NCBI GenBank assembly: GCA_963822095.1
Contig: CAWGGS010000030.1
Location: 28,933 to 52,932, forward strand
DNA from: an uncultured delta proteobacterium
GTDB taxonomy: Bacteria > Desulfobacterota > Desulfobulbia > Desulfobulbales > Desulfocapsaceae
Reading direction: 5' to 3'
Length of the DNA: 24,000 nt
Part shown: positions 17,479-24,000 of the stretch, one piece after another
Position numbering within the stretch: position 1 is the first letter of the stretch
Layout: each line of letters opens with the position of its first letter
Made by a program: the position numbers and the translations under genes
The notes under the pieces: generated by a model
Seen by the model: the letters and a program-made list of their open reading frames with translations, nothing else
Database searches by the model: none
What the model was told of the DNA's origin: nothing

Positions 17479-19647
17479 TTAGCAAACCGACCGTAGTCTC
17501 TCCTTCAAGTGGGTAAAGCGTTTTTGCGGTTTGTTGTTTTTTACGGCAATGGCCAAGGCTCGTCTGGTGCCGACCAGAACCACTAATCTTTTTCCTCTGG
17601 TTATAGCTGTATAAATCAGGTTTCTCTGTAACAAAACATAATGCTGGGTCAAAATCGGTATAATAACCGCAGGATATTCCGACCCCTGAGATTTGTGTAT
17701 GGAGACGGCATACGCAGGTACAACCTCATCCAGATCGGAAAATTCATAGCTGACTTTTCTGCCGTCGAATACGATAACCACCTCCTGAACCTCAGTGTCA
17801 ATCTTAACAATTTTACCGATATCTCCGTTGAATACCTCTTTGTCATAATTGTTCTTTATCTGCATGACCTTGTCATGGACCCTATAATTTCTACCACCGC
17901 GCATCATCCCGCCTGCGGACGAATTAAGCGCCTTCTGTAACTCAAGGTTGAGATTCCCGGCACCGACCAATCCTTTATGCATCGGAGTAAGGACCTGGAT
18001 ATCATCCACCGGGTCGAGCCCGAACCGTTTCGGCACTCTATTCTTCACCAGGTCTACAATGAGCCGTACGACATCGGCTGGTTCTTCCCTCTCGATAAAA
18101 TAAAAATCTTCCAGCTTCTCCGAGCTGGGTCTGGAAACCGGAATCCTTCCGGCATTTATCTTATGGGCGTTGACGATGATCAGGCTCTTTCCCGCCTGCC
18201 GAAAGATCTCATTGAGCTCGACCACGGGAACAAGCCCCGAAGCGATAATGTCTCCCAGGACATTGCCGGCCCCGACAGAAGGCAACTGGTTAATGTCCCC
18301 GACAAGGATGAGCGTGGCTGAAAGCGGTACTGCTTTTAAAAGGTGATGCATCAAGATGGTATCTATCATCGACACCTCATCAACGATCAGGAGATCACAC
18401 CTAAGAGGTGTGGCGGAATTTTTCTGAAACGCTCCATTTTGAGGACTGAACTCGAGCAGCCTGTGGATGGTCTTGGCTTCGTGCCCGGTGGTCTCACTCA
18501 TCCTTTTGGCTGCTCGTCCTGTTGGTGCCGCCAAAAGGATCCTGACTCCGGATTCCTGAAAGATATTTAGTATGGAATTGATAATCGTGGTTTTTCCGGT
18601 TCCCGGACCTCCGGTTATGACCATCACCTTATTACGTACCGATTGTTCTATTGCTTCAATCTGTTGTTTGGCCAATGTAATCGAAAGCTTTTTCTGAACA
18701 CGCTCAATCGCATTTCGGTTAATCGGCCGGACGATCTTCAAAGCCTTGACCAGGGACAGCAAGGCAGCGGCGACACCTGTTTCCGAGACGTAATACTTTG
18801 CCAGGTATACGGCTCTGCTACCACCCTCTTGCCCAATGGCATCTTCTACTATGATACGCCTGGTTTGAACAACATTGTCCAGGGCACGCGCCACAACATC
18901 TTGTTTAACTTCCAGGATTTCCAGGCATTTTATTACAAGCGGCTCAAGCGGATAATAGACATTCCCTTCATCGGCCAGTTGATGCAGGACATGGAGGATT
19001 CCTGCCTCTACCCTCTGCGGTGAATCCTTCTCAAATCCAAGCTTATCGGCAATCCGGTCAGCGGATATAAAGCCGATTCCAAAAATATCGGCGGCCAATC
19101 GGTAAGGATTGGCCTTGACAACCTCGATGGACTCCCTGCCGTATTGTTTAAAGATCTTCGCCGCATATCCCGCTCCGACCCCATGTGTCTGCAAAAAGAT
19201 CATGACCGCACGAATCTCCTTTTGTTCGGCCCAACTCTTACTGATCATGGAGATCCTTTTTTTCCCGATACCATCCACCTGGGATAATTTATCGACCTCA
19301 AATTCAATCACGTCAAGGGTTGCAGTCCCGAATCTCTTGACGATCCGTTTCGCCATAACAGGCCCGATGCCTTTTATCAGACCTGACCCGAGATATTTTT
19401 CAATCCCCATCACATCGGCGGGAACTACTGATCGATAGGAGAGTACTTTGAACTGCTCCCCATGTCTTGGATGATTGGTCCACTCCCCCAGCAACCGGAC
19501 GACTTCGCCGACCACGGGAGAAATCATGGTGCCGATGGCCGTTACCAGGTCACGTCGACCCGACACTTTGAGCCGGGCAACCGTATAGCCGTTATCCTCG
19601 TTGTGGTAGGTAAGTCGCTCAATCCGACCTTGAAGCTCGCTTGGCAT
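17479..19647 (-). CDS. recD2: ATP-dependent RecD2/YrrC-type DNA helicase
   Basis: 722 aa: N-terminal OB/HhH region (GSGLIKGIGPVMAKRIVKRFG), Walker A VITGGPGTGKTTIINSI, GRAAKRMSETTGHEAKTIHRLLEF, DEVSMIDTILMHHLLKAV, DINQLPSVGAGNVLGDII, AYAVSIHKSQGSEYPAVIIPI. Confidence 0.95.
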   Translation of the reverse strand: MPSELQGRIERLTYHNEDNGYTVARLKVSGRRDLVTAIGTMISPVVGEVVRLLGEWTNHPRHGEQFKVLSYRSVVPADVMGIEKYLGSGLIKGIGPVMAKRIVKRFGTATLDVIEFEVDKLSQVDGIGKKRISMISKSWAEQKEIRAVMIFLQTHGVGAGYAAKIFKQYGRESIEVVKANPYRLAADIFGIGFISADRIADKLGFEKDSPQRVEAGILHVLHQLADEGNVYYPLEPLVIKCLEILEVKQDVVARALDNVVQTRRIIVEDAIGQEGGSRAVYLAKYYVSETGVAAALLSLVKALKIVRPINRNAIERVQKKLSITLAKQQIEAIEQSVRNKVMVITGGPGTGKTTIINSILNIFQESGVRILLAAPTGRAAKRMSETTGHEAKTIHRLLEFSPQNGAFQKNSATPLRCDLLIVDEVSMIDTILMHHLLKAVPLSATLILVGDINQLPSVGAGNVLGDIIASGLVPVVELNEIFRQAGKSLIIVNAHKINAGRIPVSRPSSEKLEDFYFIEREEPADVVRLIVDLVKNRVPKRFGLDPVDDIQVLTPMHKGLVGAGNLNLELQKALNSSAGGMMRGGRNYRVHDKVMQIKNNYDKEVFNGDIGKIVKIDTEVQEVVIVFDGRKVSYEFSDLDEVVPAYAVSIHKSQGSEYPAVIIPILTQHYVLLQRNLIYTAITRGKRLVVLVGTRRALAIAVKNNKPQKRFTHLKERLRSVC

Positions 19648-20016
19648 CCTCTCTCCATATCAGTTTTTCCCACTACTCACTCTACCATAAAGCAGCATTC
19701 TTTTCTGAAAAAGAAAAAGCGTACGACATCATTGTTTATTGACAAACTTCGCGGGTTTACGAGAATAGGTTATATCGTAAAAGGTATTCAGGATAAGACG
19801 AATGATCGTGTTTCATATTTCATCATTCGTGATGGTTTCCGGTTCTGAACTTGCGGTTAAACACATTCCGGAGAAAAGCTCCCAGGCATTCGTAAAGCTG
19901 AAAGTAAGAATCCGCCACAGGATATCGTTTCCGGCAGCTGCTCTGCGGCTTCATCGCCGGTACACCCACGGCTGACAGACCTCTTTTCTACCAAAAATAT
20001 CCTGGAAAACAGAGCC

Positions 20017-20409
20017 TTATTTTTCCGTTTGGCTTTCAATAGGTGTTGGCTTTATATTTTCTGCTCCGAGGTACGGATTATTCGATACATCTTCCCCGGA
20101 GTCAGACTCCAAACCCGTCACAAATTCGGACCACCCCATAGGCCTGACGGTTATTTCAACACCCAGCGTTTTTCTTTCTCCTCCATGGGTATACCATCTC
20201 GGCCTTACATTCATTTTGAAATCGACTCCCTTGCCGGATACCATGATGGTCATTTGCTCTGTATCACCATTTGTATATTTGGACGCGTCGGTAACACATA
20301 TGCCGGTTTGGGAAATATCGGACACCTGCCCCTGAAAAAATCCCGTTCCATCGGCAATGTCTACGAGCAGGTCTTCCACCTGAACACGTTGATGTTTTCT
20401 CTTTTCCAT
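20017..20409 (-). CDS. PilZ-domain protein
   Basis: Start at ATG 20409 behind a G-rich ribosome-binding site: MEKRKHQRVQVEDLLVDIADGTGFFQGQVSDISQTGICV..., a PilZ-like R-x(3)-R pattern and D/NxSxxG motif; the more upstream track start (20466) is less likely. Confidence 0.8.
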   Translation of the reverse strand: MEKRKHQRVQVEDLLVDIADGTGFFQGQVSDISQTGICVTDASKYTNGDTEQMTIMVSGKGVDFKMNVRPRWYTHGGERKTLGVEITVRPMGWSEFVTGLESDSGEDVSNNPYLGAENIKPTPIESQTEK

Positions 20410-20675
20410 ATGCCCCCCCCAAATTGAATTTTCGCCTGTCACAGAAAAAATCCGCCCGTTTGGCAACCGGGTTGTATAACCGAAGGTTATCTCCCCCCGT
20501 ATATGAAGTATAATTCAATCTCCGTGAAGCTCAAGGAATCTCTCATATCAACAAGGCAAATAGAGAGGCTTTCTTCTCTCCAGAAATAAAGTTTAATTGG
20601 AATGCCAGGTGGATAACCGTCCGTCAGAAAGAGCAACCGAATCTGCGAACAACCACGGACTGTTCCAGGCGCCCG

Positions 20676-21017
20676 TCACTTCTTTTCTTGTTCTTCTTTA
20701 ATGACTATCAACTGCTGATCACCAATAGAAAAGGCTTCTTCAACGCGACCTGTCACCTTAATCTGTTCACCTTTTCTGGGTAAGGATCGCTCCGTAACAA
20801 CAGTGATTTCTCCGGTGTCGTCCTTGACCACAAAGTAACGAACCACAACCAGACCGAAACTCTCGACGACTCTGCCTGAAACCGTCACCTGCTTTCCTTC
20901 ATACTTCCGAGGATTTTGCAGTATTTTGGCAATGGGAGTGGGAAAGAGCGAATCACATCCCGAAAGGAATATAATCAGCCAGAATACAATAAAGTACGTT
21001 TTTAGATGCTTATGCAT
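20676..21017 (-). CDS. Putative lipoprotein with OB-fold-like domain
   Basis: 113 aa: MHKHLKTYFIVFWLIIFLSGC lipobox, then ILQNPRKYEGKQVTVSGRVVESFGLVVVRYFVVKDDTGEITVVTERSLPRKGEQIKVTGRVEEAF, an OB-type nucleic-acid/ligand fold pattern. Confidence 0.7.
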   Translation of the reverse strand: MHKHLKTYFIVFWLIIFLSGCDSLFPTPIAKILQNPRKYEGKQVTVSGRVVESFGLVVVRYFVVKDDTGEITVVTERSLPRKGEQIKVTGRVEEAFSIGDQQLIVIKEEQEKK

Positions 21018-21168
21018 TTTCTTCTCTCGTGTGTTGAAGGTGTAGGTTGATCGGTATTCGAAAAGTATAATGAACTATAAAAGAAATTATAAAAAAATAT
21101 ACCAATGAGCGTTTGAGCTTTGTGTCTCTGGTCCAAAAATTGTCTTCCAGATCTAAGATTCCGAATGC

Positions 21169-21570
21169 TCAGTCATACTTTATGTATTCGAACCGTGGAT
21201 CGTCAGGGGTTCCCTCCAACGGTGAACCGTCGATGAGTTTAGGGTGCCACATCACCACCTCCTCGATCTTTTTAGCAAGCGCAAAATCCTTTTCCGTGAT
21301 CCCTTTGGCAGAGTGGTTCGTCAGTTTCACGATTACGAAGGCGTACGAAACTGTCAGATCAGGATGATGCCACGCGGCTTCGGCAAGGTGTCCGACCGTG
21401 TTTACCACCATCAATGTACCTTTCCAGCCGGAAGTCTTATACTTTCGGCAAATCCATCCATCTTCGAAATACCATTTCGGCAATTCTTCGGTAAGACGTG
21501 CAGTAATCTCATCGACCGGGTACACCTCGTCTGCGGTCCTCTTGTTCCAACCAGTCATGATTTTGTCCAT
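21169..21570 (-). CDS. 4a-hydroxytetrahydrobiopterin dehydratase (pterin-4a-carbinolamine dehydratase)
   Basis: 133 aa with canonical NTVGHLAEAAWHHPDLTVSYAFVIVKLTNHSAKGITEKDFALAKKIEEV. Confidence 0.9.
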   Translation of the reverse strand: MDKIMTGWNKRTADEVYPVDEITARLTEELPKWYFEDGWICRKYKTSGWKGTLMVVNTVGHLAEAAWHHPDLTVSYAFVIVKLTNHSAKGITEKDFALAKKIEEVVMWHPKLIDGSPLEGTPDDPRFEYIKYD

Positions 21571-21638
21571 TAGCTTTGAAAATTGATTCCGCCGAAACTG
21601 TTTGGCTCCGGAAGTCGAGGGGAGATATCAGCCGCGGT

Positions 21639-21968
21639 TTAGAAATCGAGTTGTTCGGCAGTTACCCCCATGGCCTTGGCTATTTTTTTAAGGCTGGCAC
21701 GGCGCGGTCTGGTGCTGTTTTCCATCTGGGCGTAGGCTCCCTGGGTCATGTTTGCCCTTGCTGCAACCTCGGCCTGGGTGAACCCGAGGTGCTCACGCCA
21801 GGCGCGCATCGGCGACCAATCGTGATCGAAGGTAAGATTGACAATTTCGTTGGGGACAAGATTTTCCTGACGGTCACGACTAGCCAGCCAGTCGGCATAA
21901 GGTAGCACCACAAAGGCGGGGTTACCGTTGCGGTCGTGGATAATCTGGATATCAGAATGAACGTTCAC
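21639..21968 (-). CDS. Xre/HigA-type HTH antitoxin-like transcriptional regulator
   Basis: 109 aa, GTG start: REHLGFTQAEVAARANMTQGAYAQMENSTRPRRASLKKIAKAMGVTAEQL (HTH_3), preceded by an antitoxin-like N-terminal half (FVVLPYADWLAS). Confidence 0.85.
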   Translation of the reverse strand: MNVHSDIQIIHDRNGNPAFVVLPYADWLASRDRQENLVPNEIVNLTFDHDWSPMRAWREHLGFTQAEVAARANMTQGAYAQMENSTRPRRASLKKIAKAMGVTAEQLDF

Positions 21969-22205
21969 CGCGTTTCCTTACCTCCTGGATTTCGACGATG
22001 CACACCTCGCCGTCATAGTCGAACAGCCCCCCTAACGACTGCCCCGTAACCGATAGCAGTACCGTTGATCGGTCAGGGCCTTCACTCCCCGGCAACCGGG
22101 CATGCCAGACAAAGCATCGGCGGCGAAACGGATCGTGGTGGTGTCCTAACGGTCGATCTTGCGCAGTTGCTTCAAAGCTTTGGTATACCTTTTAATAGCA
22201 TTCAT
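21952..22205 (-). pseudogene. Decayed RelE/ParE-superfamily toxin
   Basis: Reverse strand from ATG 22205: MNAIKRYTKALKQLRKIDR*DTTTIRFAADALSGMPGCRGVKALTDQRYCYRLRGSR* then, after a frameshift, LFDYDGEVCIVEIQEVRKRGERSF. In-frame TAG at 22148-22146, a second stop, and a frameshift near a G-run. Confidence 0.75.
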
Positions 22206-22458
22206 ACGTTAACAATATACGTTTTTATAAGAATAAATCAAGTGGCTATTGGAGACAGCCCGTTACCAAATATCATATCAATATCGTTCAACTACCATTT
22301 AAGATTTGCTCTGGCAGTACTATGCGACTACCATCCCTAATCATAGAAGATTATTCCTGAGTGCGCCTCATCGCCAGTGATGACCAATCCTGCATTTTTT
22401 ATGGTATCATAACCTGTAGGCAATTCCGGCTATTTCTCAATTCTACAGGAGGTGTATT

Positions 22459-22925
22459 ATGAAAGTTTCGCAGGCAGTCGATTTCCATCTGCAGTATCAC
22501 CGGGCCAATTCCCAAAAAAGATACTGCCAAAACCTGTGAGTTCGTCTTTTTCCGTTTCATTGTTCGATTTGGCGATCGGGATTTAGCCAGTATACCACAG
22601 GAACAGGTTTATGCTGGAACTCATGGCCCGGGGAGGAATGAGTGAGTTCGTGAAGGCCTATGAAATCGGCAACAATGACCGGATTTTTCCCATTTCTTAT
22701 GTCGCCGCATGGTCTATGGTCAAGAAATCCGGAATTCTGGTCAATATTGAGTTGCGTCCACATGATCTCGGCGCCATGCAGCAACATATGCATCGAGGTC
22801 CGAAACCCCGATTGAAATTGTCAGCAAGGTCCTTTTGCGGCATGCTGACAATAGCTGTCTGTCTCAGAGCACTGCGATAAGATCGGAATTTGACTTACCT
22901 GTGAAAAAGATGGATACTCAAAGAG
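22459..22925 (+). pseudogene. Decayed tyrosine recombinase/integrase
   Basis: Fragments in different frames: MKVSQAVDFHLQYHRANSQ (22459, good GGAGG site), KKDTAKTCEFVFFRFIVRFGDRDLASIPQEQV, FMLELMARGGM, NDRIFPISYVAAWSMVKKSGILVNIELRPHDL, RRHAATYASRSETPIEIVSKVLLRHADNSCLS. These match consecutive parts of a phage-type integrase with frameshifts and internal deletions. Confidence 0.85.
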
Positions 22926-23049
22926 TATCAGAACATGAAAAGTTTGTACTTCAAATACAAACACAACACATCGAATACAAAAGTGAGACTTTCATCATCG
23001 TCTTCATATCTGTGGAATATCCTTACCTATCAATGAAAAGGTTGAAAAT

Positions 23050-24000
23050 ATGACTCCCCCGAAAGTAGTTTCTATTGACGATAATCCCGATAGTATGGCC
23101 CAGCCCAATAAACGCGTCAATGCTGAGCCGCGTTTGAAAGTCCGTCAAGGTAAATCCACGAACATCGATCCCCAGGAGGCAGTCCGAGAACTGGCAGCCC
23201 AAATTGAACAGCCGAACACCCGGGTATGCCTGGTGTTCTTCTCCGATGAATACGATCCTCAACAACTTGGACTGGCATTGAAGGAATATCTTCCCGGCCC
23301 CGTTATCGGCTGTTCGACAGCCGGGCAACTCTCTGAGACGGGCTTCCAGCGTGGTGGTATTTCAGGCGCCTCACTGGCTGGTGACGAGCTTTCAGCTGTT
23401 CCCTATCTGATCCACCCCCTTTCCACACAGGCTGACCAGATTGCCGAAATAGCAAGAGATATCCAGGAACGACTTTCTCATACCCCATTACCAGCGTTTG
23501 GTTTTTTGCTGGTAGATGGACTATCGATGAAAGAAGAGCCCCTGATTTCAGCTCTGTATATGGCACTTGGCAATGTCCCTATTTTCGGCGGTTCAGCCGG
23601 CGATAGTCTGAAATTCAAAGAAACTTTCGTGTATTTCGATGGTGAGTTGTTGCAGGATGCGGCAGTCTTCACCCTGTTTTCAACCTCCTTGCCATTTCAT
23701 ATTTTCAAACACCAGCATTTCCTGCCCACCTCCATCAGGCTTGTAGTCACAGCCGCAGACCCCGATAAACGTCTGGTCAAAGAGATCAACGGGGAACCGG
23801 CTGCAGAGGCCTACGCTCAATTGATTGGGACAACCATCGATCAACTCGATTCCGCCGTATTCTCCCGGAACCCTCTGATGCTTCGCATCGGCAACGATTA
23901 CTATGTTCGGTCAATCTCCAATGTCGAATCGGGTGGAGGTCTGAAATTTCTCTGTGCCATCGATGCCGGGCTTGTACTCACCATTGGACGGGGAGATTCT
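23050..24000 (+). CDS. FIST-domain (FIST_N/FIST_C) sensory protein, 3' end outside window
   Basis: Open from ATG 23050 to the window edge (317 codons, no stop): ...NTRVCLVFFSDEYDPQQLGLALKEYLPGPVIGCSTAGQLSETGFQRGGISGASLAGDEL...FGFLLVDGLSMKEEPLISALYMALGNVPIFGGSAGDSLKFKETFVYFDGE... Confidence 0.88.
   Translation, partial: MTPPKVVSIDDNPDSMAQPNKRVNAEPRLKVRQGKSTNIDPQEAVRELAAQIEQPNTRVCLVFFSDEYDPQQLGLALKEYLPGPVIGCSTAGQLSETGFQRGGISGASLAGDELSAVPYLIHPLSTQADQIAEIARDIQERLSHTPLPAFGFLLVDGLSMKEEPLISALYMALGNVPIFGGSAGDSLKFKETFVYFDGELLQDAAVFTLFSTSLPFHIFKHQHFLPTSIRLVVTAADPDKRLVKEINGEPAAEAYAQLIGTTIDQLDSAVFSRNPLMLRIGNDYYVRSISNVESGGGLKFLCAIDAGLVLTIGRGDS

Noticed and set aside
17641-19438. Plus-strand ORFs antisense to recD2
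   Set aside because: Shadow ORFs over a strongly supported helicase gene.
20029-20427. 132-aa plus-strand ORF
   Set aside because: Antisense to the PilZ gene, which has a well-placed start and a recognisable pattern.
22065-22340. 91-aa plus-strand ORF
   Set aside because: Antisense to the decayed toxin. The minus-strand reading gives a recognisable RelE-like sequence instead.
22611-23053. Two plus-strand ORFs (22611-22880 and 22835-23053) as real genes
   Set aside because: They are fragments of the same decayed integrase in different frames, ending in unrelated sequence.
1-24000. CRISPR arrays, rRNA, tRNA (including selC), RNase P, SRP RNA or tmRNA
   Set aside because: No spaced direct-repeat array and no recognisable tRNA or housekeeping RNA signature was seen on reading either strand. 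A tRNAscan/cmscan run would be decisive and was not possible.

Overview
24 kb chromosomal window from a probable Desulfobacterota/Deltaproteobacteria-type genome (taxonomy inferred from gene content only). Supported content, left to right: 3' end of fdhD; ddl (-); rpsU with a strong sigma70-like promoter; a XerD/XerC-type recombinase; a large DHH-CBS-CBS-tRNA nucleotidyltransferase fusion; a site-2 protease; an orphan beta-rich protein; a glycosyltransferase-like protein; selD; a translationally coupled fructokinase / sucrose-phosphate synthase (with HAD domain) / sucrose synthase cluster; a cytidylate kinase-like protein (-); a thioredoxin-like protein (-); recD2 (-); a PilZ protein (-); an OB-fold-like lipoprotein (-); a pterin-4a-carbinolamine dehydratase (-); an Xre/HigA-type antitoxin next to a decayed RelE-type toxin (-); a decayed tyrosine recombinase (+); and the 5' part of a FIST-domain gene (+). 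The best hidden signal is selD. The ORF track starts it at a TTG at 8948, but an in-frame ATG at 8870 reads through a TGA at the catalytic position (TCG-U-AAK), so SelD is itself very likely a selenoprotein, with a SECIS-like hairpin just downstream. Other items worth a second look are the sucrose cluster, the two pseudogenes missed by the ORF track, and a nested palindromic intergenic element followed by a terminator-like hairpin at 8504-8733. I found no convincing previously undescribed multi-gene defence or mobile system.
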